Shown here: piece after piece, positions 39,148 to 48,453 of the stretch
Position numbering within the stretch: the stretch's first letter is position 1
Layout of the letters: the number at the start of each line of letters is the position of its first letter
Origin: Phormidesmis sp.
GTDB lineage: Bacteria; Cyanobacteriota; Cyanobacteriia; Leptolyngbyales; Leptolyngbyaceae
Direction of reading: 5' to 3'
NCBI GenBank assembly: GCA_965248535.1
Contig: CBDFJR010000002.1
Location: 1,984,001 to 2,048,000 of the forward strand
DNA: 64,000 nucleotides
The notes under the pieces: model-generated
Told to the model about the DNA's origin: nothing
The model's database searches: none
What the model saw: only the letters and a program-made list of their open reading frames with translations
Translations under genes and position numbers: made by a program

Positions 39148-40083
39148 TCAACGCAGCACTCTGGGGGGCTGCCGTCCTTCATAGGCGAGCTTCGCCGTCC
39201 AGGTGCCTACAAAGTGATGCCAAAGCACCGCCAGCCGCAGCAGATCTTGGGGTAGCTCCCAAGTCGGCGATCGCCGAATCGGAGCCGCCAGCACCCGCAG
39301 CAAAGTAGTCACCGGGTAGACCACCAACCCTAAAAGAAGTTTGACAAAATACTTCAAGGGCTGAGGCACCGGAGCCATCTGCGGGTGCGTCGAAGTCAAA
39401 AAGAACCAGCCATAGGCATCGCGCTCTAGCACATAGGTGAAATCTTTAAGCTGCGTCCGATAACGATGTTGAACAACAGCCTGCCCCTCGTCGCAAATCT
39501 TGAGGGTATAGCGCCCCGACTGCAACACGCGCCAACTCATCTCCACATCGGGGCCCGAAAAACTCTGGTCATCAAACAGCCCCAGTTCGTCAAACACAGC
39601 TTTGCGATACATCACGTTTGCGGTGACGACATAGGGCTGGATGCGATCGCTGCCCCGACTGTGGTTGGGGCTTTTAAACACGCAGCCTTCAAAATAGTCG
39701 ATCGAGTTGCTGATCGTGCGGGGCGTTAAGCTGCCGCCGACGGCTCCGACCTCTGGGCTGTCAAACGCTTGCCACAACTCCACTAGCCAGTTAGGGCTGA
39801 CTTTGCAATCGGCATCGGTAAAGACAATAAACTCACCCTGAGCCTGACGAATGGCTGTATTTCGTGCTGAGTAAGGGCCGGGAGTGGCTTCTTGCAGCAC
39901 CGTGACGGGATACGATCGCAGAATCTCTAGACTCCGATCGGTTGAATTATTATCAACACAGAGAATCTCTAAGCGATCGCTCGACCAGTTGAGATCCAAC
40001 AGCGAATCCAGCAGTTCAGCAATTTCGTGCTCCTCGTTATAAACAGGAACCACTACAGAAATCATTGGGAGATCAGTCTTCAT
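39148..40083 (-). CDS. Glycosyltransferase family 2
   Basis: SVVVPVYN, VDNNSTD, ARN, FTDADC. ATG 40083 overlaps the upstream TGA (ATGA). Confidence 0.9.
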   Translation of the reverse strand: MKTDLPMISVVVPVYNEEHEIAELLDSLLDLNWSSDRLEILCVDNNSTDRSLEILRSYPVTVLQEATPGPYSARNTAIRQAQGEFIVFTDADCKVSPNWLVELWQAFDSPEVGAVGGSLTPRTISNSIDYFEGCVFKSPNHSRGSDRIQPYVVTANVMYRKAVFDELGLFDDQSFSGPDVEMSWRVLQSGRYTLKICDEGQAVVQHRYRTQLKDFTYVLERDAYGWFFLTSTHPQMAPVPQPLKYFVKLLLGLVVYPVTTLLRVLAAPIRRSPTWELPQDLLRLAVLWHHFVGTWTAKLAYEGRQPPRVLR

Positions 40084-40985
40084 AGCATTTCTAGAGACAG
40101 ACGAGAGAGGCGACGATGAAGCCATTTGCGGGTGAGCCGTTCTCCTATAAACTGGGGGATGGCCGGATAACCTTTTTGCAATGACTTCCAGGCAAGCTGT
40201 TTTTCACCCGACTTAAAATAAGCCCAGGCCACATCGACCCAGCGCCGCATAATGGCGCGGTTGACCTGCGGCTGCAAATGAGAAGCGCAGGTTTGAAAGG
40301 CATCTTCCATAACAGCCAGTTCATCTAGAGCAATCTGCACATAGTTAACCGTGAGGCTGCTCTGTCGTTTGCGATAGACAGTGAGCACTTCAGGAACAAA
40401 GCCAACCTCCCAGCCAGCCTGAGCAATCTCTAGCCAAAGGTGATAGTCTTCGCCCGTGCGAAAGCGATCGTCAAACCTGCGCTGATTCAGGCTTTCGGCG
40501 CGCACGACCACCGTGCTGCTGGTGCCTGTCCAGTTGCGTTCTAAAAAGTCTGCCCACTCTAAGGTCGGGTGAACAGGGGGGGCAAACCAAGGGGTGACGC
40601 GCAGCCCATCGGGACGATCGTAAAGCACTTCAAACCAGTTAAAACTCATGCCCAGATTAGGATGAGTCTGCATCTGCTCTAGATGCGCTTCAAGTTTGCG
40701 CGGATGCCACAGATCGTCTGAGTCTAGAAAGGCGATCAATTGACCGTTTGCCAACTCTAAACCCGTGTTGCGAGCCGCCGCCGGCCCAGCATTGGTCTGA
40801 TAAATATAGTGGAGGACACCCTGATCGGCAAATGCTTTGACCCGATCGGCAGTGTCGTCAGTAGAGCCATCATCAACAACAATCAGTTCAAAATCACGTA
40901 GGGTTTGAGCAAACACAGAAGTCAACGATTGCTCAATATAATCCCCAACGTTGTAGACCGGAACGATAATACTAAACGTTGGCAT
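40080..40985 (-). CDS. Glycosyltransferase family 2
   Basis: SIIVPVYN, VDDGSTD, ARN, FLDSDD, GEDY. Confidence 0.9.
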   Translation of the reverse strand: MPTFSIIVPVYNVGDYIEQSLTSVFAQTLRDFELIVVDDGSTDDTADRVKAFADQGVLHYIYQTNAGPAAARNTGLELANGQLIAFLDSDDLWHPRKLEAHLEQMQTHPNLGMSFNWFEVLYDRPDGLRVTPWFAPPVHPTLEWADFLERNWTGTSSTVVVRAESLNQRRFDDRFRTGEDYHLWLEIAQAGWEVGFVPEVLTVYRKRQSSLTVNYVQIALDELAVMEDAFQTCASHLQPQVNRAIMRRWVDVAWAYFKSGEKQLAWKSLQKGYPAIPQFIGERLTRKWLHRRLSRLSLEML

Positions 40986-41016
40986 AACGACCGAAACAAG
41001 GGGCAAAATCCAAGTA

Positions 41017-41877
41017 TCAAGAATTGACTAAAAAATCAAACCGAAAGAAATCGCGGGTGCCTAATAGGTTCTTAAAAATGGCGATTCTCTCAGATAGCCG
41101 AATCTCAAAATTGCCATCGTTGTTGTAATAATTTAACTGGCGGCTAGGCTCGATATAGCGTTGCCAGTTCATATCTGTATCAAGCGACTGGTAGTGAATG
41201 AAATTATGCTGGTTGCTCTCTCTAGCGGCGCGGCGCGTTTTGAGCCGCAGTTGCATCTGCTCTGGATCGCGATATTGATAGTGACAATTGGGAATCCGGT
41301 AGGAGCATTTTTTGAGCTTTTTTGTGCCCTTGGGGGTCATGCAGCCGTGAGGATTGGCGGCATTGGTGCTTTCAGACCAAGTTAGGTCGGCATCAATGCG
41401 AAACAGGCGTTGCTCAATGTTGGTAAAGCGGTAGTATCGTCGCCGTTGGGTAATGGGACGATCGCGCGAATCCAACCCTTTCTGAGACTGCTGCCAATCA
41501 ACATCTGTGAAGTGAAAGTTATATTGAGCCGTGTTGATCTGCTGAGAACCTTCTTGCTCGGCAACGGCGATCGCTTTGCGGGGGTCTTCGGCCAAAAACT
41601 CGTCGGCATCTAGAATATAGAGCCAGTCTCCGATCTCAAGGCGATCGCGCACAGCGTTAAAGACTTGAGCGCGCAACCCATCTGAAAAAGGCACTGCTTC
41701 CTGCCGAAAAGGAACGACTATCTCACTGGCAGACTTTTGAACTTGGTGCCAGCTATCATCAATACTCCCCGTGTCAAAGACATAAATTTTGCTGCAAAAA
41801 TTGCTGGCATAGCGAAGGGTTTGAGCGATCACGTCTCCTTCGTTTTTGACCAGGCAAATCGCGTGGATGCGTTTCAT
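41017..41877 (-). CDS. Glycosyltransferase family 2-like
   Basis: CLVKNE.D, DTGS.D, LDADE, HYQYR. Confidence 0.85.
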   Translation of the reverse strand: MKRIHAICLVKNEGDVIAQTLRYASNFCSKIYVFDTGSIDDSWHQVQKSASEIVVPFRQEAVPFSDGLRAQVFNAVRDRLEIGDWLYILDADEFLAEDPRKAIAVAEQEGSQQINTAQYNFHFTDVDWQQSQKGLDSRDRPITQRRRYYRFTNIEQRLFRIDADLTWSESTNAANPHGCMTPKGTKKLKKCSYRIPNCHYQYRDPEQMQLRLKTRRAARESNQHNFIHYQSLDTDMNWQRYIEPSRQLNYYNNDGNFEIRLSERIAIFKNLLGTRDFFRFDFLVNS

Positions 41878-41910
41878 CCGATCTCTCCTAATAGATGCGT
41901 CAAGAAAGAG

Positions 41911-43035
41911 CTAAAAAAACCGATGAAAATTAGTCAGAAACCCTTGAGGTGACAGCCACTCTAGCCACAACTGACGACACTCTAGCTGAAGGGTTTGAAA
42001 CTGCTCAGGGGTGAGGCGATCGTGAAACTCACGAATGCGCGCCCCCAAATGAGGCAGGTCTTCTTCTTCAACCCAGACACAGTAGCGTTTCCAATCGATC
42101 CACTGCTCAAAGGGAAGTTCACAGTCTGTGTTGATCAGCACCGGAATTCGACCGCAGCTAAGGGTTTCATAAAAGCGATAGGAAAAGTTGCCGCCGCCTC
42201 GTGCACAGAGAATATAGTCACTGTTCAGCATATTCTCAACAAACTGCTGGCGCTTTGACAGCGTTAAGGTCTCAGTGTGGTGAAGCGTATCGCGAATTAA
42301 AAAGTTGCACTCTACGCTGGGGTCTCTAGACAGAATAAAGAGGGCTTGCGATCGTAGCCGCGACCCATAGAGCCACGGCAGCGGGTGCTTAACCAGATTG
42401 ATGCCAACCGTGGAGGCAATTTGGGCTAATTTAGGAATCGCGCCAAGCTGCAAGCGCAGATGATTAGTCAACCGACTTTTGGGTTTAACCAGGGCTTGAT
42501 AGCCGCAGTAGCCGACAACCGGGCGACTAGACTTTGTGCGAAGCTGCACCTGCCCATGGCAGTAGTGTTCAACAAAATCTTCGCTCCAGGCAGGAATCAC
42601 CACCTCGTTAGGCTGACGGGTTGAGCGATCGACTGAAGTCCGAAAGACTCGCGGGTTATCTAACTCAACGGCGGCCGTCGTGTCGTTTAAATAGAAGACC
42701 ACCAAGGGAATATTTTGCGCTGCCGCAGTCTCAGCCATTTGTTTAGCCATCAGCAGCGCTTCTGGATGGGTTGCGTTATGAGACCAGTCAAACGGCAACA
42801 CAGCCACCTGAGCATCGGTCAGCGGAGTCATCTTAAAGAGAGAGGGGCTGATGTCAGTGTGGCGATCGTAGCGACGACTGTTTGGGTTCGCTAAATCTTC
42901 GGCATTTTTACCCCAAAAGGCATAGAGAAGGGCGATATGAGGCAAGCCATCGGGCAGATAGCGCCGATCTGAGTAGAGATGCAACTGTTTTGCAGCCAGT
43001 TTTTCTTTGGTATCAAAAGCGTTTGTCATATCCAA
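41911..43035 (-). CDS. Exostosin-like (GT47) glycosyltransferase
   Basis: YILCARGGGNFSYRFYETLSCGRIPV...LPF..IDW. Confidence 0.88.
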   Translation of the reverse strand: MDMTNAFDTKEKLAAKQLHLYSDRRYLPDGLPHIALLYAFWGKNAEDLANPNSRRYDRHTDISPSLFKMTPLTDAQVAVLPFDWSHNATHPEALLMAKQMAETAAAQNIPLVVFYLNDTTAAVELDNPRVFRTSVDRSTRQPNEVVIPAWSEDFVEHYCHGQVQLRTKSSRPVVGYCGYQALVKPKSRLTNHLRLQLGAIPKLAQIASTVGINLVKHPLPWLYGSRLRSQALFILSRDPSVECNFLIRDTLHHTETLTLSKRQQFVENMLNSDYILCARGGGNFSYRFYETLSCGRIPVLINTDCELPFEQWIDWKRYCVWVEEEDLPHLGARIREFHDRLTPEQFQTLQLECRQLWLEWLSPQGFLTNFHRFF

Positions 43036-43640
43036 ATTCGCTTGAGGGTCTCATCGTTCTAATGCTGATTAGAAAGTCTGGTTGAATGCATTAGCGTTCC
43101 TGTTCATCACAGTGTTCACAAATTTGAGCACACGTTCTCCACAATTCGGCCTTCTTGTGGGTTGACAAGATAAAGGCTTCGTTGGAGAAACTGAGATCAA
43201 AATGACCGTCAAAGCTCACTCCGAAACAGGGCTAAAGCATGTTTAGTTAGCGATGTAAACAGTTCAAAATTTTTCTGGTCAAGGCACAGAAGCGCGCGCT
43301 CAGAGAACGGCTGCCTGAAAACCTCTCGTTTAATAGTGGATGTTAAATATTTATATCAGGGTTCAGCCTCTTTCTACGAATGATTGAGATTTCCCTTAGT
43401 TCCAAATCTTTACAAATCTGTAATTTCGACCTTGATGCACCGTTAGACTCCGCAATTTTCACTAGGGCTTAGTGGTTCCACTGTATCAGCCCAGGTTCCA
43501 ACGAATAATACGCTAGGTCAGAATTTACACTAGCTTCAAGATTTCTTTAATATCATCAAGTTATGAGCCGAGAATCGGGATTCTATTCTAGTGATAGTGT
43601 TTCAGATCTAATGGATTTCACTAATAGGGGCTGCAATCCA

Positions 43641-43901
43641 CTAGTAATCGAGATCACTAGCTGACAGGAGGGGGATTTCTGGTTCTTGTTCAAGCTTTTT
43701 GAGCAGTTCTAAATAAGCAAAGGGAATCACAAAGATCCAGAGTGTGACTGCGATCGCGATGATCAGCAGTCCGGCTTGTTTCTCTAAACTCGATAGCCGA
43801 GAATCGCGCTTAAAAAATGCCAGCCAGCGAATAGTCAGCAGAAACACAACCAGCAAGTAAAACGCAGCTAGCACAATCAGTAGTATCGTCATGAAAATCA
43901 C
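43641..43901 (-). CDS. Small two-TM hypothetical protein
   Basis: Two hydrophobic segments and a W..VIPFAYLELLKK C-terminal motif. Confidence 0.7.
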   Translation of the reverse strand: MIFMTILLIVLAAFYLLVVFLLTIRWLAFFKRDSRLSSLEKQAGLLIIAIAVTLWIFVIPFAYLELLKKLEQEPEIPLLSASDLDY

Positions 43902-44427
43902 GATTTAAGTCAAAATATTGCTGAGATTTGATATCTCACAAACTAAGGCTTTGTTAAAGATGCTACCCAGCTTCAGGAGGCGTTGAAGGAATGGATGCTA
44001 TGGGGCCATCGTCATAAGTCAGTCAATCAGCTTTGATGACTACGGTTCAACCCTAGAGAGATTAAAATTTGGCAGTGCAAATCTCTCAGTAAATTTAATG
44101 TACTGTCGTGGATATAACTAGCCCTTGTACGGATGCTTCACGAAAAAAATATACAGCGTGGCTTCGTTAAGTTTTCTATCAGCATTGACTTGCATGATTC
44201 GGTCATGTTCTAGAAGTGAACGTATGAAGATTTTTAGCCAGATGCGTTTGCTAAACTCAATTTAATCAGAGAATCGGTGACTACTTGTTAACGAATTGTT
44301 CCCTACGACGTTAGCCCACAGTTTGCCCCCTCTTCAGCTTGGGGCTGCTCAAAAATCGTGCAGTTGGATCAGCGATCGTCGGGCAGCGTTGAAAACCTAA
44401 GACATTTATAGTATTGGAAGCACCTAG

Positions 44428-45678
44428 ATGAACGTGGGAATTTTTTATGAAGAAGCCATGTCAACCCAGGGAGATCACTACACGTTTACGAGCGACATTC
44501 TTCAGGCAATTCTCAGCTTAGAGTCTGAAAGTTCTCATAATTTCGTCGTTATTTCTGATGCCCCTAAGCGACCACAGTGGTTGTCTTCTTTTAGCAAGGT
44601 TCGTTATCTTTCGATGCAGGCCAGCCCTAAACAACGCTTTCGCTATCGGGTTGCAGGTCTGAAAACGGCGATTCGAGCAGCGCTGAGACATCCGCGAAAC
44701 CTCTCGAAAACACCTAACTGGAACTCTCAGTTTGTTGAAGATCAGTTAATCGCTAACTACATTGATGTGGTCTGGAGTATTGGGGTTAGCTGCCTATCAA
44801 TGGAAGTGCCTTACATCATGACGGTTTGGAATTTACAACACCGCCTCCAGCCCTACTTTCCAGAGGTGAGCAATCAAGGCCGCTGGCAGGAACAAGAATA
44901 TGGATGGACTGAACAGAAACCGGGTTATGCCATGAGTTTGAGGCGAGCTACGTTTATTTTGACCGGAACGGAAGTTAGCAAAGCCGAAATTGGACAATTT
45001 TATCAGGTGCCTAGTGAGCGAGTTAAGGTGTTGCCATTTCCGGTTCCCCAATTTGCGTTAGACGCTAACCCCGACAGCGATCGACAGGTTTTGGAGGTCT
45101 ATCATCTGCAAAACGGTTATTTATTTTATCCGGCATCGTTTTGCCCTCACGAAAATCATGTCAATCTGCTGCTGGCGATTCGGGAACTGCGGGATGAGCA
45201 TCATCTAATTTTTTCGGTGGTGTTTAGTGGTGCAGACCAAGGCAATTTGTCTTATGTCAAAGAGCTAGCTGAGGAATTTGGGCTATCTGCTCACGTTAAG
45301 TTTTTAGGAGTTGTGCCTCAAAAAGATCTAGTGGCGCTCTACCGCAATGCCCTCGCACTGACGTTTGTGACGTTTTTTGGGTCTGACCTAGCATCGCCTC
45401 TAGCAGCTTTTGCCTTGGGCTGTCCGGTGATTGCGTCCGACTTTGCAGGCACTCAAGAGCAGCTAGCAGACGCAGCGCTTTTAGTCAAGCCTCAAGACCC
45501 CAAACAGATCGCGGCCGCGATCAAACAATTGTGGGAAGACTCAGCATTACGCCAGACGTTGATCGATCGGGGCAAAATCCGATCAGCTAGACAAACCCGA
45601 TCGGGCTATGTGCGCCGCGTTTTTGCGATTTTAGATGAGTTTGCCGCCATTCGCCGCTGCTGGCATCGGAGCAGGTGA
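44428..45678 (+). CDS. Glycosyltransferase family 4 (degenerate donor-binding motif)
   Basis: LQHRLQPYFPEVS, FYPA...HENH, ALGCPVIASD. Confidence 0.85.
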   Translation: MNVGIFYEEAMSTQGDHYTFTSDILQAILSLESESSHNFVVISDAPKRPQWLSSFSKVRYLSMQASPKQRFRYRVAGLKTAIRAALRHPRNLSKTPNWNSQFVEDQLIANYIDVVWSIGVSCLSMEVPYIMTVWNLQHRLQPYFPEVSNQGRWQEQEYGWTEQKPGYAMSLRRATFILTGTEVSKAEIGQFYQVPSERVKVLPFPVPQFALDANPDSDRQVLEVYHLQNGYLFYPASFCPHENHVNLLLAIRELRDEHHLIFSVVFSGADQGNLSYVKELAEEFGLSAHVKFLGVVPQKDLVALYRNALALTFVTFFGSDLASPLAAFALGCPVIASDFAGTQEQLADAALLVKPQDPKQIAAAIKQLWEDSALRQTLIDRGKIRSARQTRSGYVRRVFAILDEFAAIRRCWHRSR

Positions 45679-45681
45679 GCC

Positions 45682-46587
45682 TTAGACTTTTGCCGTTTGT
45701 TGCTGCATAATCCACATCACGGCATAGTAGTAAACCGTGAACAAAATCGTTGCAAAAATCTGTCCGCCCCAAGCACCATGCCAAAACTCAAAGGAAGCTT
45801 TGCCCCAATAAACCGCCGCAAACGTCAGCAGCACAATGCGAGGAATGTTGAAAATCAGGGCTAACATCACGCCGACTCCCATCATTGCCAGGATGTTGAG
45901 ACGACTCTGCTTGAACCACAGTCCCATCAGCAGGCTCGCCCCCGCCATGGTGACCGCCATTTCAAACCCATTGCACACAAACCCAATCTGAACCGCACCA
46001 GAGGGCAACTCAATGATAAATTCTTTAGCGATCGCGGGTTGCCCGATCGCTTGCAGGGCCAAACTGCCCGCCCAAGCCATCAAATTTTCAAGATAGTGAA
46101 CAGGCGTGACGGTCTTCCAAACTTCTCGGAGCGCGTAAGTCCAATCTGGGTAAAGGCTGACTAGAATGAGGACACTCTGGAGCGCATACTGTTTGAAAAA
46201 ACGGATTCCCCAAGAGCTATAGGCAACCGCAATCAAAATCACGGCCCAGAGCAGCGCTCTGAGCGAAACCGATGAAAAGCTAACCGCAAACAGGGCCGCA
46301 CTCCCAAAAATAATCAGATACCCTGTCAGTCGCTCTTCGTCAGTCGCGATCAGCCGGGTGAGGGAGGCGCGGTGTTTCCACAAATGGTCAAACCCCAAGT
46401 AGAAAAAGCCCAGATTGAAGATCATATTAGATGACCCATGCAGCGAGACATCGACGGCAACTTTGAGCCAGTCGGGTAAATAGAGCAACCCCATCAGCAG
46501 ACCAAACGTCACGATGCGATGGTGGGGCGTAGAGAGACTAGACTGGGCTAACCGAACAACGCCCTGTTGAATTTTTTGCTGGTTCAT
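45682..46587 (-). CDS. crtC: Cyanoexosortase C
   Basis: Multi-TM protein with the exosortase triad: Cys (VCNG), Arg (NIPR), His (FEFWHG.WG). Next to an HpsJ-like gene and a PTPA-CTERM gene. Confidence 0.88.
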   Translation of the reverse strand: MNQQKIQQGVVRLAQSSLSTPHHRIVTFGLLMGLLYLPDWLKVAVDVSLHGSSNMIFNLGFFYLGFDHLWKHRASLTRLIATDEERLTGYLIIFGSAALFAVSFSSVSLRALLWAVILIAVAYSSWGIRFFKQYALQSVLILVSLYPDWTYALREVWKTVTPVHYLENLMAWAGSLALQAIGQPAIAKEFIIELPSGAVQIGFVCNGFEMAVTMAGASLLMGLWFKQSRLNILAMMGVGVMLALIFNIPRIVLLTFAAVYWGKASFEFWHGAWGGQIFATILFTVYYYAVMWIMQQQTAKV

Positions 46588-46675
46588 AGCCTAAGGGCGT
46601 TCACTTGCACAATGATGCGATGGCGACCCATTTTTTAAGGCGCGATCGGTTTATAGAATCGGGTTGCCCCGTTGC

Positions 46676-47278
46676 TCAAGCTTTAGAGGGGCGATTGCCA
46701 TATTGCCCTAACCCAATCAGCGCAACCCCAATCACCAGTAGGTTGCCGATGCTCGAAAGACTGGTTTTGACGATACCAGTTTTGGCATTGTTCTTGAGGG
46801 TGGTCGCTTGTTGGGTCAAGGCTTGAGACGCTTTTTGAATGTCTTCTGAGGTGACCTTGACATTGCCCCGACTGGAGCCTGGCTGCACAGCTTGAATTTG
46901 ATTTTGCAGCGTTGAGGCTTGAGCGCTAATCGTGTTGGCCGCCGCTTCTTGAAACGATAGCCCGTCTCTGATCACTAGCACGCAAGACAAACTGAAGAGA
47001 ACGCCCAAAACCAGACAGGCGATCGCTAACCGTTTGCGTAATCGACGAGTCTCAATGCTGCCATACATCAACAGCGCTAACCCAAATAGCAAAATAATGC
47101 TGCGATCGCTGACCTGTTGCAGCAATGCAATCCGCCATTCAATGTTTCCAAAGGCGGGTGGAAATAGAATCGATAACACATCAATGATGAAGCCAGCAAC
47201 GCAGGCGACTCCGACAATGCGACAGATCCCTTTAGGGCTATAGGTCGTGACAAGAGGTTGAGAAGAAACTGTAGTCAT
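46676..47278 (-). CDS. HpsJ-like membrane protein (exosortase-associated)
   Basis: Four TMs; W...LQQVSDR..ILLFG.AL; Gln-rich soluble loop; KTSLSSIGNL. Confidence 0.78.
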   Translation of the reverse strand: MTTVSSQPLVTTYSPKGICRIVGVACVAGFIIDVLSILFPPAFGNIEWRIALLQQVSDRSIILLFGLALLMYGSIETRRLRKRLAIACLVLGVLFSLSCVLVIRDGLSFQEAAANTISAQASTLQNQIQAVQPGSSRGNVKVTSEDIQKASQALTQQATTLKNNAKTGIVKTSLSSIGNLLVIGVALIGLGQYGNRPSKA

Positions 47279-47431
47279 AGAAGTTAGAACAACTGATTAA
47301 ATGCTGGCTGAATTCTGTTTCAAGCGGTTAGCGTGCAACCCGGATGTTTAATGGAAAGTTTGAAATCAAAATTATTGACTGTTATAAACTCATCTCTACA
47401 TCGTTCGTCAGCAATGGGGCGACCTCAATGA

Positions 47432-47485
47432 AAGGCAAGCCAAAATGGGCGACGTGTAGGCACGATCGCGCCCCTGACTTGCCTG
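47432..47485 (-). terminator. Hairpin downstream of the PTPA-CTERM gene (terminator or stabiliser)
   Basis: Nested inverted repeat AGGCAAG..GGGCG..CGTG/CACG..CGCCC..CTTGCCT; weak U-tract. Confidence 0.45.
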
Positions 47486-47528
47486 ACCTAATGAGGTCTT
47501 AGCGACTCAGCAAATCCTTCACAAAAGC

Positions 47529-48140
47529 CTAAGCTTCTGCGCCGACTGCCTCTGCTGCCGCTTTCTTGCGCTTGCGTAGCACGCCCATGCCCAAACCAAT
47601 GACCGCAGGTAATAGCGCGGGCGTTGGGATCGCAGCAATTGATGCAGAGTAGGTAGTAGGATTCTTCACAGATAGCTGTGACGTGAACAGACCACCATTT
47701 GCAGCAATGGAGTCAGCACCACTTTTGAAGAATCCTTTAAAGCTTGCACTCCCATCAGCATTGTTGTAGATGAAATCCGTAAGATCGAAGCTAATGCCTG
47801 CTCCAATGTTCGTGATGAAGTTAGCTACTGAACCAGTGTGAAAGAAGCCACCTCCGAGGGCGGTTAAAGACAGATTTTGAATGGGAGCCTCACCTCCCGC
47901 GCCAGCAAAACTACCAGTGCCCGTAGGGGCGATCGTAGTCTTTAGAGCGTTACCTCCAAAAGAGGAGAATAAAAGTTGAAGGGGGGAAATGTTACCGGGT
48001 TGAGCTTGAACCACTCCACCAATGTCGAGAGCACTACCAGGAGCGATGCTAAATGCTTGAGCAGAAGAAGGAGCGATCGTTGCAGCAGATACGGCGATCG
48101 CTGCCGCTGCTACTCCAAGTAAAGGAGATTTGAAATTCAT
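47529..48140 (-). CDS. PTPA-CTERM sorted surface protein
   Basis: Signal peptide ending SAQA; C-terminal IPTPALLPAVIGLGMGVLRKRKK. Confidence 0.9.
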   Translation of the reverse strand: MNFKSPLLGVAAAAIAVSAATIAPSSAQAFSIAPGSALDIGGVVQAQPGNISPLQLLFSSFGGNALKTTIAPTGTGSFAGAGGEAPIQNLSLTALGGGFFHTGSVANFITNIGAGISFDLTDFIYNNADGSASFKGFFKSGADSIAANGGLFTSQLSVKNPTTYSASIAAIPTPALLPAVIGLGMGVLRKRKKAAAEAVGAEA

Positions 48141-48453
48141 GACTTTAACCTACTAACGTTTAGGGTTGTTCGACTGGAAGGCATCGAACAGAACCTAGCA
48201 GGCAATCCGTCTCAATTCGGCACTGAGAATTTTTTAGTGATGAAACTAAACCCAGGCTGAAAGAGATTCTTCCATGTGGATAGCCTGGTAATGCACGTTA
48301 ATCCTGATTTCTTAAAATCTATCGCTGCGTTTCACTGACAGTCTGATCTGTCTATGCACTTTAGCATGGTACGCAATTTCACCAGTTTTGCCATCAGCCG
48401 ATGAATAACTTTATCGCCAATTCACACAACCTCACGGCAGTAAGATCAGTAAC

